From: a bacterium
GTDB lineage: Bacteria > Patescibacteriota > Patescibacteriia > Magasanikbacterales > GWA2-37-8
Reading direction: 5' to 3'
DNA: 60,419 bases
Assembly: GCA_043810165.1 (NCBI GenBank)
Contig: JBDROJ010000013.1
Coordinates: forward strand, 1-60,419
In this document: positions 1 to 9,296 of the stretch, piece after piece
Layout of the letters: every line of letters starts with the position of its first letter
Position numbering within the stretch: the stretch's first letter is position 1
Made by a program: the position numbers and the translations under genes
Notes under the pieces: model-generated
Seen by the model: only the letters and a program-made list of their open reading frames with translations
What the model was told of the DNA's origin: nothing
Database searches by the model: none

Positions 1-961
1 CTGCTTTAATTGCCTGCAAATAGTCTCTTTCTACCGGCGATAAAGTCTTTACCTGATATTTATGATATTCTTTCTCAGTTTTCTCCATTGCTTTTTCATG
101 ACTTACTTTCCCAGCATTGGCTAACTTGCCTTTACCATAAATTTCGGAGAATTTATCTAATTCCAACACCCAATCCCTCATTTTCATTGGTTTTTTGTCT
201 TGCGCTTTTATTTCCGCTAAATCAAAAAAAGCGGACACAAGACGATTGAGCCGGTATAGCTCGTCTTTGGTTAAATAATTTTTGGCAATAGTTGCATCAG
301 ATTTTGTCGGTAATGTGCCTGAAAAACTAGTCATCCCCATAAATTCCTTTTTAGCATCAGCGCGAGAAAAAATTAATTCCGCAGCAGTTTGTTGATTGGT
401 AGCATAATGCAATTTGTTTTGGACGGTTTTAAAAAACAAAACAGATTCCTTGCTTTTGGGGTCATAATCAATACTGGTTGCATACAAATCTAATACTTGT
501 CTATAAAGCACTTTTTCACTTGATCTTATATCGCGAATTCTCTCTAATAATTCATTCCAATAGTTCCCGCCCCCTATTCCTTTTAACCTATCATCATCCA
601 TCGTAAATCCTTTGATAATATATTCTTTTAGGCGAGCAGTCGCCCATTGACGAAATTTTGTACCTTGTATGGATTTTACACGATAACCAACAGAAATAAT
701 GACATCCAGATTATAAAAATTAGTTGGTTTGGTGGAAAAATCGGGATTTCCGATTTTCTTCATTGAATTGGCTTCATTTAGCTCTTTTTCAGCATAAATA
801 TTCAAAATGTGCTCATTTACGGTAGAGCGGCCTTTGTTAAATAGCTCCGCCATTTGATCAATGGTCAGCCAGACGGTTTCACCTTCAAATTGTACTTCTA
901 GGCGAGATTGTCCATCTTCGCCTTTGTAAATAACTATTTGGTTTTGATTTATTTTTTTCAT
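1..961 (-). CDS. RhuM-family protein, N-terminal ~320 aa (3' end runs off the window start)
   Basis: Absent from the ORF track because there is no stop in the window. ATG at 961-959. My hand translation MKKINQNQIVIYKGEDGQSRLEVQFEGETVWLTIDQMAELFNKGRSTVNEHILNIY...NFYNLDVIISVGYRVKSIQGTKFRQWATARLKEY stays open to nt 2. The YNLDVIISVGYRVKS / FRQWAT motifs are typical of RhuM. Confidence 0.75.
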   Translation of the reverse strand, partial: MKKINQNQIVIYKGEDGQSRLEVQFEGETVWLTIDQMAELFNKGRSTVNEHILNIYAEKELNEANSMKKIGNPDFSTKPTNFYNLDVIISVGYRVKSIQGTKFRQWATARLKEYIIKGFTMDDDRLKGIGGGNYWNELLERIRDIRSSEKVLYRQVLDLYATSIDYDPKSKESVLFFKTVQNKLHYATNQQTAAELIFSRADAKKEFMGMTSFSGTLPTKSDATIAKNYLTKDELYRLNRLVSAFFDLAEIKAQDKKPMKMRDWVLELDKFSEIYGKGKLANAGKVSHEKAMEKTEKEYHKYQVKTLSPVERDYLQAIKA

Positions 962-972
962 GTATATAATTA

Positions 973-2445
973 TTAAATATGGTGATCATAACAATATTTT
1001 ATCACTTTACTGCTAATAATTCCAGTCAATTCAATACATTTATCAATTCCAATTTTTTCAATAAAGTATCTATCATGAGATACAATTATCATGGGAATGG
1101 GCTGTGATAAAATAAATTTTTCTAACTCTTCCCGAGTGTAGATGTCTAGATGGTTGGTCGGCTCATCCAATATTAGTAGGCTAGGATTTTGTGCGAGAAT
1201 TATAGCGAGCTCCAATCTTTTTTTTTGGCCAAAGCTCAACATTCCAACTTTACACATAACTTGGTCTGAAAAAAAAGAATAGGTAGCAAGAGTGTTTCTA
1301 GATTGAGGGCTAACAATTTTTGTTTTGTCTTCGAATTCGTCTAAAATACTTTTATTTTCGTTGAGAGTGCTAAATTGTTTTAAGTATCCTATTACTATAC
1401 CCTGGCCAAGCCTTACATCGCCGTCAAATTTATTATCCTCACCAGTTATGATCTGTAGTAGAGTGGTTTTTCCGCTACCGTTTGGCCCGCTTAATAATAT
1501 TTTTTCATTTTTGTGTATTTTGAATGATATGTTTTTAAGTATTTCATTTTGATCAAATTTTTTTGAATCTATTTCAACCTTTATAATTAAACCATGTTTT
1601 TTGGGTTCTAGATTTTGCATTTTTACTTTTGTGCTCTCGATAGGTTTGTTGGTCCTTGTATTTTTTAGTTTTTCCAACTTGATTTTTTGACTCATCACTA
1701 TACTACTAAATCTATATTTAGGATGAAATTCATTTTCTGCAAGCCATTTTTCAATTCTATTAATTTCTCGTTCTTTAGTTTTGTATTCAGTCATTATTTT
1801 CTGGAAATACCTTTCCTTTTCTCTAACAAATTTGTCGTAATTTCCATCATATATTTTTATGCCTAACGTATCTAAATCTATTTCCCAAATATTATCTACA
1901 GTATTGTTTATTAAGTATCTATCGTGAGAAACTATAATTACCGAACCATTAAAATCCGTAATAAATTTTTCTAACCATTTTACACCTTCGGAATCAAGGT
2001 TGTTGTTGGGTTCATCTAAAAGTAATATTGTTGGTTCGTCTAGCAAAATACCAGCTAGAGCAACTCTAACTTTTTCTCCACCACTAAGATTATCTATTTC
2101 TTTAATTAGATATTCATCTACAAGTTCGACATCTGCCAATGCTATATCAATTTTATAATCCATCCAGGATTCGTCAAGTTTACTTTCTAGGTATTCTCCA
2201 ACTAATTTAAATTCAGGCAGATTAATTGTCTGTGGCAAATATCCAATCGTTTCATTGGCAAAATCAATATTTCCACTCGTAGGTTTGATTTCATTATTTA
2301 GTATCTTAAGCAGAGATGATTTTCCGCATCCGTTTCTACCCACTAATGCCACCTTTTTATTTGAAGCACTATCTAGGGAAATATTAATATTCTCAAATAG
2401 TTTATTATCACTAAAACGTAGTGATAGATTATTAGCTTTTAACAT
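973..2445 (-). CDS. ABC-F family ATPase (two tandem ABC domains, no transmembrane domain)
   Basis: 490 aa. Two Walker A motifs (GRNGCGKSS, GPNGSGKTT), two LSGGE/LSFGQ signature motifs and two Walker B motifs (LLLDEP, LILDEP). Confidence 0.85.
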   Translation of the reverse strand: MLKANNLSLRFSDNKLFENINISLDSASNKKVALVGRNGCGKSSLLKILNNEIKPTSGNIDFANETIGYLPQTINLPEFKLVGEYLESKLDESWMDYKIDIALADVELVDEYLIKEIDNLSGGEKVRVALAGILLDEPTILLLDEPNNNLDSEGVKWLEKFITDFNGSVIIVSHDRYLINNTVDNIWEIDLDTLGIKIYDGNYDKFVREKERYFQKIMTEYKTKEREINRIEKWLAENEFHPKYRFSSIVMSQKIKLEKLKNTRTNKPIESTKVKMQNLEPKKHGLIIKVEIDSKKFDQNEILKNISFKIHKNEKILLSGPNGSGKTTLLQIITGEDNKFDGDVRLGQGIVIGYLKQFSTLNENKSILDEFEDKTKIVSPQSRNTLATYSFFSDQVMCKVGMLSFGQKKRLELAIILAQNPSLLILDEPTNHLDIYTREELEKFILSQPIPMIIVSHDRYFIEKIGIDKCIELTGIISSKVIKYCYDHHI

Positions 2446-2469
2446 ATTGTATTTATTATTAATTTATAA

Positions 2470-2500
2470 TCAAAAAACTCCCACGCGAGCTTTGGGAGTT
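2470..2500 (-). terminator. Candidate intrinsic terminator
   Basis: Stem aactccca/tgggagtt (2476-2483 / 2493-2500). On the minus strand it is followed by a U-run, encoded by the A-run at 2471-2476. Confidence 0.4.
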
Positions 2501-2875
2501 TGTTATAGATGTTTGTCAATGCAAATTAACAGTAATTAGACCCAAAGCTCCCTTGTGTAGTATCTTTGAATCCGAAAAAACTGCAAGACATATAGTAAGC
2601 TTTTATTTTAGTAATCCTCAAAATCATGGTTAAATCAATTGTATTTGGTATATTTTTCATATTGATATGCATTTTATAGTATTTTGGTATTTATGTCAAT
2701 GGATATTGGATATTTTTAGTTAACCTTAACCAAAACTTCGGACGAGTGATAAAGTATAAATTTTTTGCTTGTTTTTTATATTTTCTTAACAATTCCATTA
2801 TTAGCGTAAACTTCAATTATATTATCATCTTTAAGACAAAATTTCCATGGTTTCACGCAGATGTCACGAACCTAT

Positions 2876-3121
2876 TTATAAATTATATATAGTATCCGAA
2901 CGCCTTTCTACGGTTAATAAATATATTTCTTCATTTTTATCCATTCTATAAATAATTCTCATTTTTCCTTTTCTTATCCTGTAAATATCATCCCGTCCCT
3001 TGAGTTTTTTAATGTCATAACCGTTAAGCCTATTGTTTTTTAGATCTAATATTATTTGTTTGATTTTATTTTTTTCCTTCACAACAAGCTTGTCCAAAAC
3101 TTTTTGAATTTTATCTACCAT
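2876..3121 (-). CDS. RelE/ParE-superfamily type II toxin
   Basis: 81 aa. Contains the ...KKLKGRDDIYRIRKGKMRIIYRMDKNEEIYLLTVERRSDTIY pattern. Lies 12 nt downstream of the antitoxin ORF. Confidence 0.7.
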   Translation of the reverse strand: MVDKIQKVLDKLVVKEKNKIKQIILDLKNNRLNGYDIKKLKGRDDIYRIRKGKMRIIYRMDKNEEIYLLTVERRSDTIYNL

Positions 3122-3132
3122 ATAACTATTTT

Positions 3133-3363
3133 TTAAATACGGGACAAAATTTCTTCAATATTTACTCCACCTTTTTTTATTTTAGTGAAATCAGCCACAG
3201 ATTCCCACAAACTGTCTTCTTCTTCAACTGGAGTGATGTTAAAAACTGGTTGAGATCGACGTACTATAGTAAAACTTTTACCTTTTTTTACTTGTTTTAT
3301 GTAATCCATAACGTTCTCTCTTAATTCTTTTAAACCCACAATTGTTTGTTGTTTTGTGTTCAT
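3133..3363 (-). CDS. Phd/YefM-type antitoxin
   Basis: 76 aa. N-terminal VGLKELRENVMDYIKQVKKGKSFTIVRRSQPVFNITPVE matches the Phd/YefM pattern. Sits immediately upstream of the RelE-like ORF. Confidence 0.7.
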   Translation of the reverse strand: MNTKQQTIVGLKELRENVMDYIKQVKKGKSFTIVRRSQPVFNITPVEEEDSLWESVADFTKIKKGGVNIEEILSRI

Positions 3364-3399
3364 ATATCTATAAATTATGTTTATCTTAAGATTATTTAT

Positions 3400-3428
3400 A
3401 GTTTAACATGGTATTTATTTTATGTCAA
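3400..3428 (-). promoter_or_regulatory. sigma70-type promoter of the Phd/RelE operon
   Basis: The minus strand reads TTGACA (3428-3423), N17, TAAACT (3405-3400). An inverted repeat ctataaat/atttatag lies between the -10 and the start codon and could be an operator. Confidence 0.5.
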
Positions 3429-3576
3429 GTATTAAAAAACTGACATTATCATAATTAGAGGGTAGAGTACTATGAGGTTTTTTAACTAATTTTAGTCAGA
3501 TTGCTCCGGGGATTGGACACAGCACGGACCTGGTTGAGATTGAATTTAGCTTATTGTAGGTAAAAAATATATCTAC

Positions 3577-3987
3577 TCACCTTATTTTCTTATTCTGAGT
3601 ATCAATCAAAAGAGCAATTATAAATATATACAATAGAATGATTGCCGATATAATTTCTAACCAAAATGGTATAATACCATTTACTGAGGGCAACCGTTGA
3701 ATGCCAATAAAAATACTAGACGCAACGGCATTAATAATTAATGCCCATATTTTAATTTTATACTTATTTTTACAGAAATTTAATATAAATGAGCTAAGAC
3801 GATATACAAAAAATGCTAAAATGAATAGAGCAATAGTTGTAATAATACTACCAACATAAACCGTAAAACTTATATTTTTAAATAATAAGTAAACATCCGA
3901 AGCAAAAAAATTAAGCAGAATAAATACTAAAATTGGTAAAATAATAATTGACATTATAAGTATAGCTTGTTTTTTAGTAAAATTCAT
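3577..3987 (-). CDS. Small integral membrane protein, unknown function
   Basis: 136 aa with about four hydrophobic segments. Confidence 0.5.
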   Translation of the reverse strand: MNFTKKQAILIMSIIILPILVFILLNFFASDVYLLFKNISFTVYVGSIITTIALFILAFFVYRLSSFILNFCKNKYKIKIWALIINAVASSIFIGIQRLPSVNGIIPFWLEIISAIILLYIFIIALLIDTQNKKIR

Positions 3988-4008
3988 CTTGTTTATAAAA
4001 TTATTACT

Positions 4009-5022
4009 CTATCTATTATAGCCAAAAATTTGCTTAATATATTGCGCATTTGTAATAGAAACACCTGGTATTGTAATTAAAGTACCATCGAATCCAACCC
4101 CTGATAGTGTCATTAAAAGTGGCATTTGCTGCTCCAATGATTCATCACTATTCAATTTAATTTCTATTGTCATTAAATTGAACTTAGTCTCTAAATACGT
4201 TTGCGAGGTATTTATCTCTAAAATTGATGATAGAGGTATTCTCCATAATTGATTACTTATCACGCCTTGTATTATTGTAATATAATTAGCGCCGACTCTA
4301 ATTTTAAATCTTTTCCATGCGATTATTATGATGATTGGCAAGCATAAAAGAACAATAAAAAGCTCTTTTTGTCTCTCTGATAATACAGTTAGATTATTTG
4401 GGTAAAAATGATTAATTAATAAGATGGCCAATAATGACGGGAATCCAAATATGCCTAACATTTTTAGAACCCATACTAAAACAGGAACCGGAGACAAGCT
4501 AAATTCAACATCTCGTGTTTCTCGATTGATATCAAATGTTTGATCATGAATTTTTTTAAATAATAATTCTTCCATCTGCCTGGCAGTTGTATTTTTTAGG
4601 CCAGGAATAGTCATTTGTATATTTTTGTCAGCACTCACAACTATTAATTTACAAATACCTAGAAACCTGTCAAGAAGACTCTGTTCAACTGCTAATTTTT
4701 TAATCTTTTTAAAAGGAATATTTTTTTTATAAAAAATACTACTATCATCAATTAAAAAATCTATTTTCCTATACTTCAACCATCCTGCAAACCAAAAACC
4801 TAACATTATAAGTAAAAAAACAATAAATATTGTTAACGAAAGAAGCAAGAGAGAATCTCCTGGGTCTGGTGGTACTCTGTAATATTCCCACAGAAGCATC
4901 ATATAAATCGCAATAAATAAAAGGATCATTAGTAATGAGTCTTTGACAATAATAATTTTACTAATTGGAAATTGAATTTTAGTATATTGCATATCTTTAT
5001 TATTTGTAATTTTTATTAGCAT
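4009..5022 (-). CDS. Membrane protein with bacterial PH (bPH_2/YdbT-like) domains
   Basis: 337 aa. Transmembrane hairpins alternate with segments such as FYKKNIPFKKIKKLAVEQSLLDRFLGICKLIV, which are typical of DUF304/bPH_2. Confidence 0.55.
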   Translation of the reverse strand: MLIKITNNKDMQYTKIQFPISKIIIVKDSLLMILLFIAIYMMLLWEYYRVPPDPGDSLLLLSLTIFIVFLLIMLGFWFAGWLKYRKIDFLIDDSSIFYKKNIPFKKIKKLAVEQSLLDRFLGICKLIVVSADKNIQMTIPGLKNTTARQMEELLFKKIHDQTFDINRETRDVEFSLSPVPVLVWVLKMLGIFGFPSLLAILLINHFYPNNLTVLSERQKELFIVLLCLPIIIIIAWKRFKIRVGANYITIIQGVISNQLWRIPLSSILEINTSQTYLETKFNLMTIEIKLNSDESLEQQMPLLMTLSGVGFDGTLITIPGVSITNAQYIKQIFGYNR

Positions 5023-5059
5023 GATCTTAATTCATAATATTATATCATTTAAATCTCAA

Positions 5060-5100
5060 AGGTGCGAGCCGTCCAGCCCGGGGTATGCAAACTCGCACCT
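5060..5100 (-). terminator. Candidate terminator downstream of tRNA-Asn
   Basis: 9-bp stem aggtgcgag/ctcgcacct. On the minus strand it is followed by a moderately U-rich tract. Confidence 0.3.
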
Positions 5101-5156
5101 CTGATAAACAAAAATTTACCTAGTTTTAGATAAATTTTAGAGGTCGAAAAAATTTG

Positions 5157-5229
5157 CTCCTCCGCCAGGATTTGAACCTGGAACCTATCCGTTAACAGCG
5201 GATTGTTCTACCAATTGAACTACAGAGGA
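5157..5229 (-). tRNA. tRNA-Asn (GTT); CCA not encoded
   Basis: The reverse complement TCCTCTGTAGTTCAATTGGTAGAACAATCCGCTGTTAACGGATAGGTTCCAGGTTCAAATCCTGGCGGAGGAG folds as a canonical 7/5 cloverleaf. Anticodon loop is CTGTTAA, the D-loop has GG, and the T-loop is TTCAAAT. Confidence 0.9.
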
Positions 5230-5230
5230 A

Positions 5231-5258
5231 TTAAAAAACCCCGAACGGATCGGGGTTT
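5231..5258 (-). terminator. Intrinsic terminator after the 5370..5765 ORF
   Basis: Stem aaccccga/tcggggtt with loop acgga. A- and T-runs lie on both sides; the minus strand reads the stem followed by UUUUAAUU. Confidence 0.6.
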
Positions 5259-5369
5259 TGTGATTTTTTATACAAAACTTACCCGATCGCTCGAGTTTGG
5301 TTATTATTGCTATTATTTAGGCAAGTTTTAATCATAGTGATTTTAGTATAGTAGATTTTAAACCGGTTG

Positions 5370-5765
5370 TCAAGCTTGCTCTTTTCTTTTTCTAATTATC
5401 CGCCAATGTATAAAAAACAATGGAATACCAACAATTAAGAATGAGATATCGCGCGCCAGGTTTCTCTGTAATTCAGCGGTTCGTCTTTCTTGAGCTTGTT
5501 CTTTGTTTTTAGCTTCGGTTTGAGCGCACTTATCTTCAGGCTCAGTTTTTTCAGTGCCGGTGCTGGCGGTTGCTTGCAGTTTTTCTGGTAGTTCACACTG
5601 CATCGGTTCAGCGTAATATTCAATATCAGCTTTTGTAAAAATATATGTTTTCAATACCGCATTTATAGTGTTGGCCATGGGGAAAACTATCATTACTATT
5701 AGAGCTACGAATGCGACTAGATATAGATAAATGGTTTTTATTAAAGAGACAATGGGAAAGGCCAT
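5370..5765 (-). CDS. Membrane protein, unknown function
   Basis: 131 aa. N- and C-terminal transmembrane helices flank a charged middle region. Confidence 0.55.
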   Translation of the reverse strand: MAFPIVSLIKTIYLYLVAFVALIVMIVFPMANTINAVLKTYIFTKADIEYYAEPMQCELPEKLQATASTGTEKTEPEDKCAQTEAKNKEQAQERRTAELQRNLARDISFLIVGIPLFFIHWRIIRKRKEQA

Positions 5766-5862
5766 AAGATTTGATTAATAATGATATTGGTATTTTAGAG
5801 CATATTATGACTTTGGTCAATTTGCCTAAATTGGTTAATTTGGTATACAATAGGTGGGTAAT

Positions 5863-6015
5863 TGTAATTGCGAGAGGTCCCTCGTTACGCTCGGGACAAA
5901 CTCCGCAATCTTGTTGGTTATAGGGCAACGAGATTGCTTTGTCGCCTCGCTCCCTGCCTGTCCGGCAGGCAGGCTCGCAATGACAAAAATTCCACAGCTC
6001 CTCGCAATGGCAGAG
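5863..6015. repeat. Cluster of palindromic GTCATTGCGAG-family repeats (intergenic)
   Basis: gtaattgcgagaggtccctcg...acgagattgc...ctcgcaatgaca...ctcgcaatggcag. Shares the subunit aggtccctcg-tacgctcggga-aaactccgcaatct with 19648-19796 and, as its reverse complement, with 50803-50902. Confidence 0.85.
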
Positions 6016-6051
6016 ACACTGCACTTACAATGATATATTAAATATAAATTT

Positions 6052-7272
6052 ATGCGCTATTCCAACATATTTTCTAAAACTAGCAAAACTGTGCCATCTG
6101 ATGTTGACTGTGTCAATGCTAAATTATTAACCAAGGCTGGATTTATTAGTAAACAAATGGCCGGGGTATATAATTACCTGCCGTTGGGTTTGCGAGTTTT
6201 AACTAAGATTCAGAATATTATTCGTGAAGAGATGAATGCCTTGGGTGCCAACGAGGTTTTAATGCCGGCATTGACCGGCTTAGAAAGTTACAAAAAGACA
6301 GAGCGTGAAAACATGGATATATTATTTAAGCTACAAGGTCGTGATGAGGTTGAATTGGTTTTGAATCCAACACATGAAGAAGTTGTCACTCCTTTGGTGC
6401 AAAAAAATGTTTTTTCTTATCGCGACCTGCCTGTGTCTGTGTATCAGATTCAAAATAAATATAGGAACGAACCACGGGCAAAATCTGGATTATTGCGCGG
6501 GCGCGAGTTTAATATGAAAGACATGTATTCTTTTAATAAGACTCAGCAGGAATTTGATGAATATTATGAAAAAGTAAAACAAGCTTACCATAAAATTTAT
6601 GCAAGGCTTGGAATTGGCGACCGTACATATATGGTATTCGCTTCTGGCGGAAGTTTTAGCAAGTATTCACACGAATTTCAAACTTTGGCTGATGTTGGCG
6701 AGGATACTGTATATATATGCGAGCCATGCGGGATTGGAGTAAATAAAGAAATAATTGATGAGCAGGATAGTTGTCCAGAATGCGGGAACAATGACTTGGT
6801 TGAAAAAAAGGCTATAGAAGTAGGTAATATATTTCCTTTAAAAACCAAATTCAGCGATGCTTTTGGTTTTAAATATACTGATGAACAAGGAAAAGAACAG
6901 TCAGTGCTAATGGGATGTTATGGTATTGGACCATCCAGAATTATGGGCACGTTAGTAGAAGTATTTCATGATGAACACGGTATGATTTGGCCTGAATCAG
7001 TCGCTCCTTATCAAGTTCACCTGGTTAGTTTAAATCAAGACGAGAAAGCCGATGAATTATATGAAAAATTAATGGCCAAAAATGTTGAGGTATTATATGA
7101 TGATCGCGATTTGTCAGCCGGAGAAAAATTAGCTGATGCCGATTTGATAGGTTGCCCCACTAGATTGCTCGTTTCTAAAAAGACTTTGGAACAAAATAGT
7201 GTGGAAGTGAAAAAAAGAGACCAGAAGCAAGTGAGCCTGGTCAATTTCGAAGAAATTATAAAGAATTATTGA
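6052..7272 (+). CDS. proS: Prolyl-tRNA synthetase, short form without the INS editing domain
   Basis: 406 aa. Class II core motifs are present (N-terminal MRYSNIFSKTSK..., FRNEPRAKSGLLRGREF, GCYGIGPSR) plus a C-terminal anticodon-binding domain. A CxxC...CxxC segment sits where INS normally lies. Confidence 0.9.
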   Translation: MRYSNIFSKTSKTVPSDVDCVNAKLLTKAGFISKQMAGVYNYLPLGLRVLTKIQNIIREEMNALGANEVLMPALTGLESYKKTERENMDILFKLQGRDEVELVLNPTHEEVVTPLVQKNVFSYRDLPVSVYQIQNKYRNEPRAKSGLLRGREFNMKDMYSFNKTQQEFDEYYEKVKQAYHKIYARLGIGDRTYMVFASGGSFSKYSHEFQTLADVGEDTVYICEPCGIGVNKEIIDEQDSCPECGNNDLVEKKAIEVGNIFPLKTKFSDAFGFKYTDEQGKEQSVLMGCYGIGPSRIMGTLVEVFHDEHGMIWPESVAPYQVHLVSLNQDEKADELYEKLMAKNVEVLYDDRDLSAGEKLADADLIGCPTRLLVSKKTLEQNSVEVKKRDQKQVSLVNFEEIIKNY

Positions 7273-8246
7273 TAACTTAACCCCATTTTTTCTTTTACGG
7301 TTTGCATTTTTTTTTCAGCTATTTTCTTGGCCTTGCCAGCTCCGGCTTGCAAGGTCTTTTTTATTTCTTTATCACTAATTTTATTAAACCTAGTTTGGAA
7401 GTCTTCTAAGAATTTAACTACCACATCGGCTAGGCCTTCTTTAAAGTCGCCATAGCCTTGGCCATTGTATTGGTTTTCAATTTCTTTTACTGACACACCG
7501 GATAATAGGGAATAGATGGTTAATAAATTGGCCATGGCCGGTTTGTTGGCTCCGGCTTTTACTTCTGAACCAGAATCAGTTACAGCTTTCATGATCTTTT
7601 TACGCGCTTTGGCTGGATCATCTAAAAGGGAAATATAGCTGTATTCGTTAATGGCGCTTTTAGACATTTTTTTGGTTGGATCATCCAAGCCCATAATGCG
7701 AGCACCGTCTTTTTTAATTACAGCTTCTGGTATTTTGAAAGTGTCACCAAATTCAGCATTAAATTTTTTGGCAATCATACGAGCCAACTCAACATGTTGG
7801 GATTGGTCATGACCGACTGGTACTGATTCGGTATCGTATAATAGTATATCTGACGCCATTAGAATTGGGTAGGTGAATAATCCGGCGTTAATATTATTTT
7901 TATGCTGTTTGGCCTTGTCTTTAAACTGGGTCATTCTTTCTAGTTCAGCAATTTTAGTAACAGTGCTTAAAATCCAAGCTAGTTCAGCGTGTTCTTTAAC
8001 ATCTGATTGGATAAAAATCATTGATTTGTTCGGATCAATGCCCAAAGCCAGATATGTTTTGGCCGTGTTAATTATGTTTTTTCGCAGAATTTTTGGATCT
8101 TGCTTGACAGTAATGGCATGCAAGTCAACCACGCAAAAAATACAGTCGTTTTTGGCTTGCACTTCAACCCAATTTTTGATGGCGCCTAAGTAGTTGCCAA
8201 TATGTAGGTTGTTGGTCGGCTGTACGCCGGAAAAAATTTTTGACAT
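7266..8246 (-). CDS. trpS: Tryptophanyl-tRNA synthetase
   Basis: 326 aa. Has HIGNYLGA (the HIGH motif) and KMSKS. The stop overlaps the proS stop by 7 nt; the genes are convergent. Confidence 0.95.
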   Translation of the reverse strand: MSKIFSGVQPTNNLHIGNYLGAIKNWVEVQAKNDCIFCVVDLHAITVKQDPKILRKNIINTAKTYLALGIDPNKSMIFIQSDVKEHAELAWILSTVTKIAELERMTQFKDKAKQHKNNINAGLFTYPILMASDILLYDTESVPVGHDQSQHVELARMIAKKFNAEFGDTFKIPEAVIKKDGARIMGLDDPTKKMSKSAINEYSYISLLDDPAKARKKIMKAVTDSGSEVKAGANKPAMANLLTIYSLLSGVSVKEIENQYNGQGYGDFKEGLADVVVKFLEDFQTRFNKISDKEIKKTLQAGAGKAKKIAEKKMQTVKEKMGLSYQ

Positions 8247-8256
8247 AATTATATAA

Positions 8257-9246
8257 TTATATAATCGGTTCTCCGCCCAGTTGTAGCCGTTTTTGTTCTA
8301 TGGTATTAAGCAGTAGGTCAACATATTTGTCGCGTAGGCCTGCGTCTTTAGGACAACAAGTGGCCATATAATAAACATCTCGGTTTTTCTTTAAATCTGC
8401 GTAAGTTCCATTTAAGTGTTCTAGGTTTTCTGTTTTTAAAATTTGTTTTATATGAAACTTGACTGCATATAAGACTTTTTCAGTTCGTTGAGCATCATAT
8501 TTTTCTCCAGTGCTTTTTGACATTATCCCGTCAGTGGCCGCGGTTAACCTGAATTCAGCTACAAAAGAATCTACGTCTGTTATATTATAATAATGATCTT
8601 GTATTAAGCGTTGTCTAATATGGTCATTTCGTTTAGATTTTTCGTCGGCCATCAAGTCTGCGGTTTCTTTAGGCGTATGCACAGAAGTTTTGAGGTAGTC
8701 TTTTAGGTTATCTATATGCGGAGATACTGTTTCGTCTTCTGACTTTGCTTTTTCCGAATCTTTTCTTAAATCAATCTTAGTCTTTGCGTACATCATTGTT
8801 CGTGTTTCAGATAAATTTTCAGCCAGTAATTTTTGAATCACTTGTTCAACTTTGGTTCCGGCATTATCTGCCATCCAATTTAGATAATCCATGCCAGCAT
8901 TTTCATTAATGGCTATATTTAGCTTGTGTCTAGCTTCTTTAATTGTATGGAGCAACGCGTAATTTTGTTCCATGCTTTGCCTGGCTTCTATTATACTTTG
9001 GCAAACATTTACTAAATTTTCCATGGCTGTTGGCTTGGATTCTATTTCTTTATTGCCAGATCCTTGTTCTATTACGATCTTTTGTTCAGGTCCTGGCAGG
9101 CCATTAGTTGTTTCGGATTTTAATGGCGCGTCAATTTCTCCTACAACAGCTCCTTTAGTCTCATCAACCTTGCCGTTATTTCGTACATCTCCTCTATTTG
9201 GGTCGTCATAGACGGTAGAGGAAACCCATGGTTTTTCTTCGGACAT
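8257..9246 (-). CDS. Hypothetical protein
   Basis: 329-aa ORF packed tightly between trpS and tgt. I recognise no family. Confidence 0.55.
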   Translation of the reverse strand: MSEEKPWVSSTVYDDPNRGDVRNNGKVDETKGAVVGEIDAPLKSETTNGLPGPEQKIVIEQGSGNKEIESKPTAMENLVNVCQSIIEARQSMEQNYALLHTIKEARHKLNIAINENAGMDYLNWMADNAGTKVEQVIQKLLAENLSETRTMMYAKTKIDLRKDSEKAKSEDETVSPHIDNLKDYLKTSVHTPKETADLMADEKSKRNDHIRQRLIQDHYYNITDVDSFVAEFRLTAATDGIMSKSTGEKYDAQRTEKVLYAVKFHIKQILKTENLEHLNGTYADLKKNRDVYYMATCCPKDAGLRDKYVDLLLNTIEQKRLQLGGEPII

Positions 9247-9296
9247 ATAATTTATTATAATTAAGCTAATGATATTTTAATGTATTTTACTGGAAT

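Noticed and set aside
10-249. The 79-aa plus-strand ORF at the window start.
   Set aside because: It lies antisense within the well-supported RhuM-family coding region and has a low-complexity Leu/Phe/Ser-rich translation.
5626-6024. The 132-aa ORF (MQCLCHCEELWNFCHCE...) and the neighbouring ORF 5435..5623.
   Set aside because: 5626..6024 is read through the palindromic repeat cluster and the antisense of an intergenic region. The CHCE peptides are simply translations of CATTGCGAG repeats. 5435..5623 is an out-of-frame overlap inside the 5370..5765 gene on the same strand.
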